In this document: positions 18,587 through 30,710 of the stretch, one piece after another
How the letters are laid out: every line of letters starts with the position of its first letter
Position numbering within the stretch: the stretch's first letter is position 1
Source: an uncultured bacterium
Lineage (GTDB): Bacteria; Patescibacteriota; Microgenomatia; UBA1400; UBA12108
DNA: 64,000 bases
Assembly: GCA_963981525.1 (NCBI GenBank)
Contig: CAXCDZ010000001.1
Span: forward strand, 11,217 to 75,216
Direction: 5' to 3'
Position numbers and translations under genes: made by a program
Notes under the pieces: generated by a model
Told to the model about the DNA's origin: nothing
Databases searched by the model: none
The model's input: only the letters and a program-made list of their open reading frames with translations

Positions 18587-19764
18587 GTAAAGATAGAGAT
18601 AATCTCTGCTATCTCTTGTTGAGTGAGTTCTGGATTGTTACCGAAATAGAGGCCATTCTGATGGATCAGACTGGCGTTTGGACTGACAATGTTCTTAAGA
18701 TTGGGTGTTAAGTATTTTTTGAAAAATGGCTGGTCGGCCATATTGCCACCCACAACTGGTCGAATTTCGATCTTATCTGCACATTTCCTGACTAGCTCAT
18801 CCCTTATTTCTTGAGTTTTGCAGATTACAGGAATAGCAAAATTGGAGAGAAAATCCATATGCTCATATTTAATTGAATAAAAGCGATCAGTCTGAGAGTA
18901 GATCTCGGGAGCAATTGCTAAGAAGTTTTCGTTTCTTTTTTTGGTGATCTCGTCAATGTGCTTGAGCTGATTATGACCAAGGAAACCGTTAATTTCTGTG
19001 GGGCGCAGATTGTAACCAAGATCGTAGAAGGTGTAGCGAGAGTAAAAAGTTGAGTTTACGTCGTGCTTGTTGCGCATCTCCTCTTGTTTAGTAAGAGATA
19101 AGTTTCTGTCCCAACCGTGGGCACGAACTAACCTAAGCATAGTAGAAAGTTCTTCGTCGTCAGTCAGGATAGCGCCGCCTTCGATGGTAGACATGTGGTG
19201 GCCGACATAGAATGAGAAGGTGCTAGCAAGACCAAAGTTACCCAACTTCTTACCCTTGTAAACTGATCCCATGGACTCGCAATTATCCTCGATAAGGATA
19301 ATGTTTTTTTCACTGCATAGGCTACTGATCTGATCAAGGTCATCTGAGAAGCCGAGCAAGTTGGTGATGAATAGCATCTTAATGTCACCATGAAGCTCTA
19401 ACGCTTGAGAGAAGGTGCGGCTTGAGACATTGAGAGTGTCTAGTTCTACGTCTACTGGAATAGCTTCTAGGCCAAGTTGGATGATGGGCATGGCGTTGGT
19501 TGACCAGGTAAGTGATGAGAAGGCAACCTTGTCACCTTTTTTAAGCCTACCGAGATTGAGAAGTGACTGGATGATGGCTAGATTGGCGGAGCTACCGCTG
19601 TTAACGAATATTGCATGCTCCCTACCCTGGTATATTCCTAGCTCATTTTCAAATTTTTCACACTGCTTGCCAAATGATAATTGTTTGGCGGATGACAAAA
19701 ACTCGATAAGATCACTGGTAGTTTGTTTTTCGTTGTAGTAGGTAGACTTGATGAGCTTAATCAT
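18580..19764 (-). CDS. DegT/DnrJ/EryC1/StrS (ArnB-type) PLP-dependent sugar aminotransferase
   Basis: 'SGSSANLAIIQSLL', 'HHMSTIEGGAILTDDEEL', 'YNLRPTEINGFLGHNQL' are DegT-family hallmarks. Confidence 0.8.
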   Translation of the reverse strand: MIKLIKSTYYNEKQTTSDLIEFLSSAKQLSFGKQCEKFENELGIYQGREHAIFVNSGSSANLAIIQSLLNLGRLKKGDKVAFSSLTWSTNAMPIIQLGLEAIPVDVELDTLNVSSRTFSQALELHGDIKMLFITNLLGFSDDLDQISSLCSEKNIILIEDNCESMGSVYKGKKLGNFGLASTFSFYVGHHMSTIEGGAILTDDEELSTMLRLVRAHGWDRNLSLTKQEEMRNKHDVNSTFYSRYTFYDLGYNLRPTEINGFLGHNQLKHIDEITKKRNENFLAIAPEIYSQTDRFYSIKYEHMDFLSNFAIPVICKTQEIRDELVRKCADKIEIRPVVGGNMADQPFFKKYLTPNLKNIVSPNASLIHQNGLYFGNNPELTQQEIAEIISIFTQ

Positions 19765-19766
19765 AA

Positions 19767-20993
19767 CTATTTATTATAAAACAAATCTTGAATAGATTCT
19801 GCAGTATTTTTCCAGCTAAACTTGTTGACGATCGATTTCCTGGCTTTACGGGAAGCCTGCTGATATTTATTGGTATCCATCTTCATGACTTTTACGATGG
19901 CCTTGACCATCTTACCTGTGTCACGAGGGTCGACTAGATGGCCTGTAACGCCATCAACTACGTCTTCGTTCTTGACTGGATATCTAACGGCGAGAGTGCC
20001 GCAGGAGAGCGCCTCTTTTACCGGGAGAGCCATCGAGGTGGTACCAGACCGCTCAGAGTATGAGCATTGGACGAGAACCTTGGCCAGAGAGTATAGCTGG
20101 GGGAGGATGTGATAATCAACAAAACCTAGGAACTCAACAGAACTCTCTAGCTTGAGTTCGCTTGCCAGATTACGAAGTTTTTGCTCGGCCTTAGGATTCT
20201 TGATGGTTGAGGTGATTATCAGATGAGCTGATGGCACCTTTTTTTTGACTAGTGCGAATATTTTGATCATTTTGTCGGTACCTTTGACGGGAGAGTAATC
20301 AGTGCTGTGCACGACAACTTGCTTTCCTTTGTACTTTTTCTTGAGAGCACTGCTGGCAAATGGCTTGAAATGATCGGTGTTAATGCCTGCGTAGGAAATT
20401 GCGGGATTGACTCCAAAAATTTCTCTTATGTACTTTGCTGTCGTTTGATTGAGGGTAATTGTAGAGGTAGTTTTTTTAGTTGCTTTAATATCCATTTTTT
20501 TATAGGTAAGTGAGAGTGATCTGATTAAGAATCGCTTAAAAATTGGGAAATTGCTGATAAAGTCTTGATCGTGAAAAAAAGCAAATGGCTCAAAAATGTA
20601 CTGGATATGGCGAGATTGTGTTTTTGCCGCTAGATAATTGCCAACTACGTTCATGGGAAACATGTTTGAAACTATGATTGGTTTTTCACCCAACTCAAGA
20701 CTACTATTGGCTAGTCTTAAAATTGCAATGTTTTCCCACACAATTTGTATTGGGAGAGTTAGCCAGTAAATGAGAGAAGTTGAGGTTAGCTTATTAAGAG
20801 AAAGGAGTTGAACATCAAGCTTGGAGTAGTTATCCATCGCCTCAATAGAGGTGTTTTCGACGATAATAGTGATGCGAAATTTTTTACTAAGGATCTTTAT
20901 AACCTCGTAGATGAATTTGGTCCCTCCCATCCAGTAGAGGAAATGAGTATGAAGCCAAAATATATGAAGTTGTTTTTTCTTATTTTTTTTCAT
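19767..20993 (-). CDS. Glycosyltransferase family 4
   Basis: GT-B layout with C-terminal 'SYSERSGTTSMALPVKEALSCGTLAV' (E..E region). Confidence 0.65.
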   Translation of the reverse strand: MKKNKKKQLHIFWLHTHFLYWMGGTKFIYEVIKILSKKFRITIIVENTSIEAMDNYSKLDVQLLSLNKLTSTSLIYWLTLPIQIVWENIAILRLANSSLELGEKPIIVSNMFPMNVVGNYLAAKTQSRHIQYIFEPFAFFHDQDFISNFPIFKRFLIRSLSLTYKKMDIKATKKTTSTITLNQTTAKYIREIFGVNPAISYAGINTDHFKPFASSALKKKYKGKQVVVHSTDYSPVKGTDKMIKIFALVKKKVPSAHLIITSTIKNPKAEQKLRNLASELKLESSVEFLGFVDYHILPQLYSLAKVLVQCSYSERSGTTSMALPVKEALSCGTLAVRYPVKNEDVVDGVTGHLVDPRDTGKMVKAIVKVMKMDTNKYQQASRKARKSIVNKFSWKNTAESIQDLFYNK

Positions 20994-22317
20994 TTAAATA
21001 GTCTGCTAGATGGGTAAAGGCAAAATACATTAGTAGTGGTGTAAATGATAGCATCATTCTGGCAGCTGAGGGGCCAATAGAGGACCAAACGGTGTATTTT
21101 TGGGCAAAAATGTAGCCTCCGCCCAAGAGAATCGCTGTGCCTAGAGTAAAAATAATTAGCCATGCTGGGCGAATGCGCTTTCTTTCTCTAATCGTGAGGA
21201 ATGCTGCAAGAGCGGCAAGTAAGGTTGGGATCTTGATGTATGTAAGATAGTTTTTGACCAAGAAGAGCTCGATCTGGAATAGTTCTTTAAGGTTAAAATT
21301 AGCGAGAATTGATCCTAAGGAGATGCTAACCAGTCGTTTATTCGTGAGGTCAACAACAGCATAGGATGTCCAGAGATATCTGGAGAGAAAAAATAAGGCG
21401 ATTAGGACAGATGATTTAATAACTGATTTTCTTTTGACCATTTGGTAGAGCATGACTGAGATAGTAATAAGCCAGAAGGGCTCTAGAGATCTTGTGAAAA
21501 AAGAGGATAGGAGCATAAGAGTCGAGATCGTGGGTGAGTAGTTTTTTTTGTCGATGAGAAAATATATCGAGAAAAAGAAGAATATGGTGTACGGGAGATT
21601 GGTGTAGGCGATGGTTGAGTGCGAAAATAGTTCGGGAGATGCAGCAAGAATGAGAGGAAATAGGTGAGTTAGTTTGGGCTTGCCTGATCGTATCCCCCAT
21701 TTTTCATAGAAAAGTAGCACGAGACTAAGATAGAAGCCAAAGTACACTATCATCGGCGTTGAGGCACCCAAGATATAGCTCCAGGCATGCAAACTAGATG
21801 TCATAAATGGATAGCTATAGTAGTAGTCAAAATTGCTATAGGTATCGTGAATGTCGTTCCTAAAATCTTCGATCCGGATGTTTTCTGAGAAGACTCTGCC
21901 CCGGAAATCATAGAGAGTGAGAGCGTCCCAGTCTGTGACTGGCCAAGAGAGATTGTGGAGCAGAATGGTAGAAATAAATGCAATTAGGAGAAGGTTGAGA
22001 GGAAGCTTGAGGGTAGACATATATTTTGTAAGACTTATTCTCTTCCATACCCCACTACGCACGACTCGGAAGATGAAGTAAGCAAGAGAGATAATAGCTG
22101 CAGAGAAAACTAGCTGATGCGAAATGTTAGCTCCCGATATCATAATTGCGGTAAAGACAATGTTAATAAGGGTCGCCCCCAAGAGGAATGAGATCGAGAG
22201 AGTGAGGAGTGAGGATAACTTGTGAGCGAAGCGATTCCTGAATAGATCAAGACATGTCCACCCGAGAAGAGTAATTGTGAGGTATCCAGCAAATAGATTG
22301 ATAAGTGAAATAATCAT
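20980..22317 (-). CDS. Uncharacterised polytopic membrane protein, family 'A' (paralog of 25695..27014)
   Basis: 'WPVTDWDALTLYDFRGRVF', 'YSYPFMTSSLHAWSY', 'AYTNLPYTIFF' are shared with 25695..27014. Confidence 0.5.
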   Translation of the reverse strand: MIISLINLFAGYLTITLLGWTCLDLFRNRFAHKLSSLLTLSISFLLGATLINIVFTAIMISGANISHQLVFSAAIISLAYFIFRVVRSGVWKRISLTKYMSTLKLPLNLLLIAFISTILLHNLSWPVTDWDALTLYDFRGRVFSENIRIEDFRNDIHDTYSNFDYYYSYPFMTSSLHAWSYILGASTPMIVYFGFYLSLVLLFYEKWGIRSGKPKLTHLFPLILAASPELFSHSTIAYTNLPYTIFFFFSIYFLIDKKNYSPTISTLMLLSSFFTRSLEPFWLITISVMLYQMVKRKSVIKSSVLIALFFLSRYLWTSYAVVDLTNKRLVSISLGSILANFNLKELFQIELFLVKNYLTYIKIPTLLAALAAFLTIRERKRIRPAWLIIFTLGTAILLGGGYIFAQKYTVWSSIGPSAARMMLSFTPLLMYFAFTHLADYLNEKK

Positions 22318-22319
22318 AA

Positions 22320-23894
22320 CTATTTTATCCTCATTTCCCTAAGGAGATCTTCTCCTAGATTTGGACTCTCGTGTGTTAGCAGACTTGAGAGAATTGAGGC
22401 ATATCTTCTTGCCTCTTTTTGATTATTCTCTTGCATATTGAGATAGTATAGTCCGACTAGAGACTCTAGATTACTACTCTTGAGTAACAAGGCTTGCTCA
22501 TAGAGCTCCCTGGCCTGGTCAAAGTCTCCCATTGTGTAGTGATAGGCACCAAGATTAGATAGTTGCTCTGAGGTCATGAGGTCATCGTTATGATCTAGCT
22601 TTCCCACCTTGGCAATGGCTTCACCGTAAAGGTATGGGAGAGGAGCGCGATTAGTGTACTTGAGGTATATCCCTAAGATAGATTGAGCGTCAGATAACCC
22701 TGCTTGGACGTCAGAGATATTTAGTTGAATAGTGGTGAGTTGATTCTTGATTGTGTTGGGATTGCCCTCATATTCAAAGTCGCCTTTTTCGTGATCATCT
22801 ACGTAAGCAACGACGCTTACTGAGTATGATAGATTTGAGTTTAGTTCGACTTTGACTAAATTTGCTGTCGCTAAGTCTTCTATTACAACCTCTTGATAGA
22901 TGTCGTCTAACTCGTTATCACCACCATCTTCTCCCAATGAGACTTCTTCTAGCAAGCTTAAAATAGATTCGCTACCATCAAGTCTTTCTATAATAATGTT
23001 GTTGATAGAGGCATCCAAGGTCCTTGGTAGTAGTGTTTGTACCTCAGCAATGGGAACAGGTAGGATCGGCCAGCCGTAAAATGATTCTGAGGATGGGTAA
23101 AGGATGGTATTGCCGGCGGTAATCATAATCCAGTCTGCAGAGTTGAGTGAGGAATAAAAATCCTCATTTGTTGCGGAGTAGAGTTGTCGTGGATAGAGAA
23201 AATAGCGAAGAAGTAGCTGATTACCCTCCATTTGCCAGGGGTTTTCCTGAGGTGGATGGGCAACTGAGGAGTCTTCTGGGACTACATCCTGATACAGAAC
23301 AACATGATCATAGTAGTCTCCCCAAACCGTCTTCATTCTTTGACGATAAGTTGCCGTATCCTCCCCTACTAGACGGTGGATTAGGCTTGGGAAGTAAGCT
23401 AATGAAAAATAGACAGTGCTGATAAATGAGTAAACTATGATTACTGCGGTGATAATGGGGACAGGCGATAGTTTTTTGGGTTTGGGAATTATTGAGGAAA
23501 GATACATTCCAGCAGAGAAAGTCAAAGTGAGGAAGGTTATCTCTGGATGAATGTGAACGTGGGAGAATACATATCCGGTTCCATTTCTTATCTCTACAAG
23601 AATTAGCAATAAATATATGGTGCTCGCAAGTGGTAGTAACACTATTCGATTAAACCTTGAGATAAATATGTCATCTTCTGACTTAGTCTTATGCAGCCAG
23701 TTAAGGAAAATGGTCATGACAATTAGAATCTTGATATCTATTCCAATAAAGTTGGAAACGAATCCATCGTATAAATATGCTTCTGTGAGAGAAAGCAATA
23801 TTACCAATAAGAATATATGTCTATTCATGCGTATAGGTATAGACATACTTTTGCTAAGTAATCTTCTAAATGATTTTGAGTAATGCTTATCCAT
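22320..23894 (-). CDS. Membrane protein family 'B' with C-terminal TPR repeats (paralog of 27016..28008)
   Basis: N-terminal 5 TM. 'LLRYFLYPRQL' is shared with 27016..28008. C-terminal 'AYHYTMGDFDQARELYEQALLLKSSNLESLVGLYYLNMQENNQKEARRY' is a TPR-like repeat. Confidence 0.5.
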   Translation of the reverse strand: MDKHYSKSFRRLLSKSMSIPIRMNRHIFLLVILLSLTEAYLYDGFVSNFIGIDIKILIVMTIFLNWLHKTKSEDDIFISRFNRIVLLPLASTIYLLLILVEIRNGTGYVFSHVHIHPEITFLTLTFSAGMYLSSIIPKPKKLSPVPIITAVIIVYSFISTVYFSLAYFPSLIHRLVGEDTATYRQRMKTVWGDYYDHVVLYQDVVPEDSSVAHPPQENPWQMEGNQLLLRYFLYPRQLYSATNEDFYSSLNSADWIMITAGNTILYPSSESFYGWPILPVPIAEVQTLLPRTLDASINNIIIERLDGSESILSLLEEVSLGEDGGDNELDDIYQEVVIEDLATANLVKVELNSNLSYSVSVVAYVDDHEKGDFEYEGNPNTIKNQLTTIQLNISDVQAGLSDAQSILGIYLKYTNRAPLPYLYGEAIAKVGKLDHNDDLMTSEQLSNLGAYHYTMGDFDQARELYEQALLLKSSNLESLVGLYYLNMQENNQKEARRYASILSSLLTHESPNLGEDLLREMRIK

Positions 23895-23910
23895 ATATAT
23901 TCATTCTAAA

Positions 23911-24759
23911 TTACTTCGGTAAAATAGCTACAATGTTAAGTATTCGACTGTTAATGTCTCCAAGTGGAATTTTGGACAGCTTACCCCCCTCTTTGAGGAT
24001 GTAGGTTTTATATCCACAGCTATTCAATAGATCCAGTGTCTTCGTGTTCGAATGACCATAATTACGCGAGTTTTTGTTTAACTCTACAATAATAACTGCT
24101 ATTTTTTTACCAAGGAGTGCTTTTTTTGCACCGAGTAGGACATCATATTCTGCTCCCTCAACGTCGATTTTGAGTATTTTAATTTGGCTTATCTTTTCCT
24201 TACGTATTACATGATCTAATGTAGTAACTCTAACCTCAATATTGCCTTGTTCGTTATTGATTGTATGTGAAATATGATTCGTTTCAGATATTTTAGTTGT
24301 TCTGAAGGTTGATTTTCCCTTTTTACTAGATAGTGCTTGATCAAATATGCGAACAGTATTTACGAGATTATTTAGTAACACATTTTCATATAATCTCTCC
24401 CTTGATTGTTGTGTTGGTTCAAATGCAAATATTCTACCCTTGGTAATCTTAGAAGCTGCAATAAGTGACATCTCGCCTATTCCTGACCCAACATCAACAA
24501 ACACATCGTCACTCCCTAGATTGTGATAGATGTATTCCATTTCTGCATACTCTGGCCATCCTTCATACACGATCAGGCTTCCAAATGAACTATCAGGGTA
24601 ACAGATACATTTTGTTTCTGGAGTTAATTGTATCAAGGCTGGAATCTTAAATGTTACTTGATTAATTCTCCACCAAATGACTCTAAGCAGGGCAATGTAC
24701 TTATGATTAGTGTTATTGGGATGGATTGTTATTCTGTATAGAGCTTTAATAATACTCAT
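23911..24759 (-). CDS. FkbM-family methyltransferase
   Basis: 'FVDVGSGIGEMSLIAASK...RIFAFEPTQQSRERLYENV' is the FkbM signature. Strongly AT-rich gene. Confidence 0.7.
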   Translation of the reverse strand: MSIIKALYRITIHPNNTNHKYIALLRVIWWRINQVTFKIPALIQLTPETKCICYPDSSFGSLIVYEGWPEYAEMEYIYHNLGSDDVFVDVGSGIGEMSLIAASKITKGRIFAFEPTQQSRERLYENVLLNNLVNTVRIFDQALSSKKGKSTFRTTKISETNHISHTINNEQGNIEVRVTTLDHVIRKEKISQIKILKIDVEGAEYDVLLGAKKALLGKKIAVIIVELNKNSRNYGHSNTKTLDLLNSCGYKTYILKEGGKLSKIPLGDINSRILNIVAILPK

Positions 24760-24762
24760 GTT

Positions 24763-25716
24763 TTAATTATGATTAATTGCTACATATATTTGGATAATAA
24801 TATTTCTTGCTATTGTAAATAAATTTTTATTTGATAACTGCTTTTCTAATGCAGTGTCATATTCTGTATTTACTTCGATTTTTGATGGATGAATATACGG
24901 AGTGTGTAGTTTCCTGGTGGGTAAGTTAGCTATACTATGAATATCAAACTTGGTATGTGTTGCATTTTTACCAAACCCGATATTTGATACTAAATTTTTA
25001 CTTGGAACAATGGTAAGCAAATTATTTTTTAATTGACAGAAAAAAAACTGGTAATCCCAAGTGTCAATCTTTCCTTCGAAGCACTTTTGGAAAAGGTTTT
25101 TCCAGTATGTATAAGCCCTTTCAGAGTAGAATTTTGTGCAAAATTCTCCCGAATCTTTAACGTTTTTCCAGTCTTTCATATTAACGTCATATAAATCCCA
25201 AACTCGCTTCCAGGTTGCCCAGCCCCATATCTGACTATGTGATGAAAATAGATAACTATCATGGATATTAATGCCACCTTCGTATGGATTACTACCAGAT
25301 ATGCTTGATATTCTTGTATTATGCTTATATTTATCTAGTAGCTTATCGCAATACTCAAAGAAGTATATGTTTGGCAAACAATCGTCTTCCAATATAATTC
25401 CTTCACTCTCATTTTGAAAAAACCAAGTAATTGCTTGTGTAACTCCTAACTTACATCCCAAATTTTGCTCTCTAAACAATGTTTTCACCGAGCACTTCCA
25501 ATTTATTTTTTTAACAATTGATCTTGTTTGGCTAATTTTTTCTAATTCACTCTTCGTTGCGTTCTGAGATGGCCCATCCGCTGCAATATATATTTTTTTT
25601 GGCTTAACTTTTTGTATTATTTTAAATACTTTTTCTGTTTCTTCTGGCTTGTTGTAAATAATGAACAGTAGTGGCTTGCTGACTTGATACTTTTTCACGA
25701 TTTTTGCCCTTTCCAT
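24763..25716 (-). CDS. HlpA-like nucleotide-diphospho-sugar-transferase-like protein (hypothetical)
   Basis: 'LLFIIYNKPEETEKVFKII...IYIAADGP', 'ILEDDCLP', 'QIWGWATWKRVW'. AT-rich like its neighbour. Confidence 0.45.
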   Translation of the reverse strand: MERAKIVKKYQVSKPLLFIIYNKPEETEKVFKIIQKVKPKKIYIAADGPSQNATKSELEKISQTRSIVKKINWKCSVKTLFREQNLGCKLGVTQAITWFFQNESEGIILEDDCLPNIYFFEYCDKLLDKYKHNTRISSISGSNPYEGGINIHDSYLFSSHSQIWGWATWKRVWDLYDVNMKDWKNVKDSGEFCTKFYSERAYTYWKNLFQKCFEGKIDTWDYQFFFCQLKNNLLTIVPSKNLVSNIGFGKNATHTKFDIHSIANLPTRKLHTPYIHPSKIEVNTEYDTALEKQLSNKNLFTIARNIIIQIYVAINHN

Positions 25717-27014
25717 CTAAAAAATATAGATTGACTAATTAAATATATAGATAGAGGTATTATAAATATTGCCATACGCTGAGCAGAATTTCCTATTTGA
25801 TCCCATGTTTCATAGCGAATGCTAAAAATATAAGTCCCGATGAAAAACATTGCGAGAGAGGTAACTATAGTTAGCATAACAACCTTAATGCTAGTTGAGA
25901 AGCTACGATAATTATATATGAACAATAATGCTGTAACACCGATCGCGTAGTAGAGATAAGCGTCCGGTCTAAGAATATTAGCCCATATATACTCTAGAAC
26001 TACCCTAATTTGTGAGACTTCTAGGTTGGCAACTAAGATACGGAGATCGCTAATAATTCCAGAGGAAGAAGGGGTCGCGTAAGTATTGTTTAGTGATTTA
26101 AACCTTTGCCATGGTATTTGAACTATCTTTACCATAATCAGATAGGTCAATGTACTTATACCTTTGTTTCGAAATCCCTTGGTGAGCAAAAGCATGGCAG
26201 GAATCACAGCTAGCCAAAATGGCTCTATTCTAATCCAGGTGCTGAGCGCAATCAGAAGCATGCCTAGATATAGCCTCCCCCTCTTGCCGTTAATGCCTTC
26301 GGCTAGGTATATGTACCCAAGCGCGAGGAAGGTAGCGTATGGGAGATTGGAATAAGTCATGTGCGCTTGTTCATAGATCGCAGTAACAAATCCCAAGCAG
26401 ACTGTCCAGAACAATGCATAGGAAGGAGAGGTTTTCCTGGCGATTAATGAGTAGAAGATTGTTAGGAGGGAAATGTATATAAGTGAGTAGATGATGGTCG
26501 GTGAGTAGAAGCTCATTGAGTATACCCAGGTGTTACTAAGAGAGGTAAATAATGGATAGCTAAAATCATATCCCGTTCTAAATCCCTCATCCATAAAACC
26601 AGTGTTGATAAATGAGATTGCTCGATAGTCATAGAGGGCAAGAGAGTCCCAGTCTTTGGCTGGCCAGTATAAGCCGTACAGCAAAACTGGAACCAGAAAG
26701 AAAATGCCAAAGAGGATTGTAATGATTGTGGTTATTTTGCCAGACCTCTTAACCAATGGAGTGGGTCTAGTATTCCTTGCTAGATATGCTGAGATAATAA
26801 AAAGAACGACAAGGAGAGAGTTTGACTCAAGAGCAGCATATTTTAGCCCGGCAAGATTAGTAAGAAATAGAGCTAAGGTAAATAGTCCAAGTCCGATTAG
26901 ATAGCCTAGGGCAAGTGATTCGACTCTAGCTGCATCAGGATAGATGAGTCTGACAATGTTTCTCCCAAAAAGGGTAACTAGGATAAGTCCGATAAATAGT
27001 AATAGTAATCCCAT
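25695..27014 (-). CDS. Uncharacterised polytopic membrane protein, family 'A' (paralog of 20980..22317)
   Basis: 'WPAKDWDSLALYDYRAISF', 'FSYPLFTSLSNTWVY', 'TYSNLPYATFL'. ORF track gives 25695..27083; start likely at internal Met (MGLLLLF) to abut the upstream gene. Confidence 0.5.
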   Translation of the reverse strand: MGLLLLFIGLILVTLFGRNIVRLIYPDAARVESLALGYLIGLGLFTLALFLTNLAGLKYAALESNSLLVVLFIISAYLARNTRPTPLVKRSGKITTIITILFGIFFLVPVLLYGLYWPAKDWDSLALYDYRAISFINTGFMDEGFRTGYDFSYPLFTSLSNTWVYSMSFYSPTIIYSLIYISLLTIFYSLIARKTSPSYALFWTVCLGFVTAIYEQAHMTYSNLPYATFLALGYIYLAEGINGKRGRLYLGMLLIALSTWIRIEPFWLAVIPAMLLLTKGFRNKGISTLTYLIMVKIVQIPWQRFKSLNNTYATPSSSGIISDLRILVANLEVSQIRVVLEYIWANILRPDAYLYYAIGVTALLFIYNYRSFSTSIKVVMLTIVTSLAMFFIGTYIFSIRYETWDQIGNSAQRMAIFIIPLSIYLISQSIFFRWKGQKS

Positions 27015-27015
27015 A

Positions 27016-28943
<1,928 letters not shown>

Positions 28944-29717
28944 TTACTTAAGAAGATCGTAGACAAAACGAACTAGGCCAGAGTGAATCTTGTGAAGGGA
29001 GAGGTGGATGGGGGTAGCACCGTTTCTTGCCAGGGCAATATCTCCCTCATCCATGAGTTTGCGTCTGCCTGTTTGTGATTTGCTATTTTGCTGATCTCGA
29101 AAGCCGGAGAGGGCCACCTTGAGATCATGTGGCTTGTAGTGCTTGCTCATCCTTAGCCAGTAATCGTAGTCCATCACGTAGTGGTACTTATCATTAAACT
29201 CACCTATCTTCTCGTAAACTCGTCGAGACCAGAAAGTAGAAGGCTGCGGTAACATCGAGTCGGCAACCATGAGAGTAGTTCTGGAATATATGGCCATAAG
29301 AAAGCGTTTGTAGCCAGAAATTATCCAGTTGTTTTTGCTAACCTCACCCTTCTCGTTAATAACCAAGCAATCCCCCGTAATCCAGTCAGCACCTGTGCGG
29401 GCGTAATACTCCCCCACTCTCTTGAGGGTGCCGGTGAGATAGATGTCATCAGAATTAAGATATGCTAAGACATCACCTGACGTGAGCTTGAGACCTTTGT
29501 TAATAGCATCAGTCTGTCCCTGATCTTTTTCACTAACCCACTTGAGCTTGTTTCCGTAACTTTTGAGGATCTTAACAGTGTCGTCAGTGCTGCCTCCATC
29601 GATTACGAAGTATTCTAGGTTCTTGTAGCCTTGTGAGAGGACGCTATCGATCGTATCTTTGATGTACTGACCCTGGTTGTAGGAAGGGGTGATAATACTG
29701 ATCTTGGGAAGCTTCAT
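28944..29717 (-). CDS. Glycosyltransferase family 2
   Basis: 'PKISIITPSYNQGQYIKDTIDSVLSQGYKNLEYFVIDGGSTDDT' and 'LNSDD'. Confidence 0.8.
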   Translation of the reverse strand: MKLPKISIITPSYNQGQYIKDTIDSVLSQGYKNLEYFVIDGGSTDDTVKILKSYGNKLKWVSEKDQGQTDAINKGLKLTSGDVLAYLNSDDIYLTGTLKRVGEYYARTGADWITGDCLVINEKGEVSKNNWIISGYKRFLMAIYSRTTLMVADSMLPQPSTFWSRRVYEKIGEFNDKYHYVMDYDYWLRMSKHYKPHDLKVALSGFRDQQNSKSQTGRRKLMDEGDIALARNGATPIHLSLHKIHSGLVRFVYDLLK

Positions 29718-30046
29718 TTGGAGTCTGCTTGCTTAATTGCCTTGTCTCTCACTACCTTCTCAAGCTTTTGTCTGAGCTTATTGATTTGGATGCGATTCTC
29801 AATTAGAAGTGCATAGGATCCCATAAAGGCAAATATTACAATCACGTCTGTGAGGCGATTAACCTCGAATATCCTTCTGAGAAAGTTAGCTGATGACTCG
29901 ACAGCTACAATGATGCCCAGGGCAAATAGGCTTAACAACCATGACATTGCCTCTACTTTTGGGAGTTCACCTTTTTTGTAGTGAATCCTCACGACATACA
30001 TCATAAACAAGATGAATAGGACCGACAAGATTTGGATTCCTAGCAT
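29714..30046 (-). CDS. Small membrane protein, DUF2304-like (GT2-associated)
   Basis: 110 aa, 3-4 TM, followed by a charged coiled tail. Sandwiched between two GT2 genes as in DUF2304 contexts. Confidence 0.45.
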   Translation of the reverse strand: MLGIQILSVLFILFMMYVVRIHYKKGELPKVEAMSWLLSLFALGIIVAVESSANFLRRIFEVNRLTDVIVIFAFMGSYALLIENRIQINKLRQKLEKVVRDKAIKQADSK

Positions 30047-30047
30047 T

Positions 30048-30710
30048 TTACCTCCATAGCCAATATGGCAATTTAATTAGTATTCTAACAGCGTCTAGCA
30101 TATTAAAGCCATACTCCTTACCATGATAAACTGTACTGATAGGGATCTCAGTGAAGTTAAGGTTGCCTTTGGCAATCCTGACAGCGATCTCTGTCTCTAC
30201 CTCATAACCTGCTGAATGCCAGATAATTTTGCGATAAGCTGAGCGAGTCATAGCCTTGAAACCAGAGGGGATATCGGCAATGTAATGGCGAAAAAGAAGA
30301 TTGATGAGAATGGAGATACTTTTGTTACCAAGAACTCTCATTAATGGCATCTTGGCATCTAGCTGACGAACACCTAAAACTATGTCCGCTCCTTTATTAA
30401 GTGCTTGCTTGAAATGCTTGAGATCTCCCACCTCATGCTGATCATCACCGTCCATAAAAATGACTGCATCGGCACCCATTTTTTTGAAAGCATATTGGCA
30501 GCCTGTTTTCATTGCAGCCCCCTTGCCTAGGTTTACCATGTGAGAGAGGCACTTGACGCCGCGCTCCCTGACTATCTTCCTGGTGTTGTCCAAGCTACCA
30601 TCGTTGACTACGATGATGTTTTTTTTGCCAACCCCAGCTTCGAGCTTAGTTAGAAACCTCCCAATATACTTGGCCTCGTTATAGGCGGTAATAATGACGG
30701 CAATCTTCAC
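30048..30710 (-). CDS. GT2, DPM1/polyprenol-phosphate glycosyltransferase-like (short, no TM)
   Basis: 'IAVIITAYNEAKYIGRFLTKLEAG...IIVVNDGSLDNT...VIFMDGDDQHEVGDL'. Confidence 0.7.
   Translation of the reverse strand: MKIAVIITAYNEAKYIGRFLTKLEAGVGKKNIIVVNDGSLDNTRKIVRERGVKCLSHMVNLGKGAAMKTGCQYAFKKMGADAVIFMDGDDQHEVGDLKHFKQALNKGADIVLGVRQLDAKMPLMRVLGNKSISILINLLFRHYIADIPSGFKAMTRSAYRKIIWHSAGYEVETEIAVRIAKGNLNFTEIPISTVYHGKEYGFNMLDAVRILIKLPYWLWR

Noticed and set aside
23911-25716. AT-rich insert as a mobile element
   Set aside because: No transposase, integrase, inverted repeats or tRNA target are visible. It is called only a compositionally foreign insert, not a mobile element.
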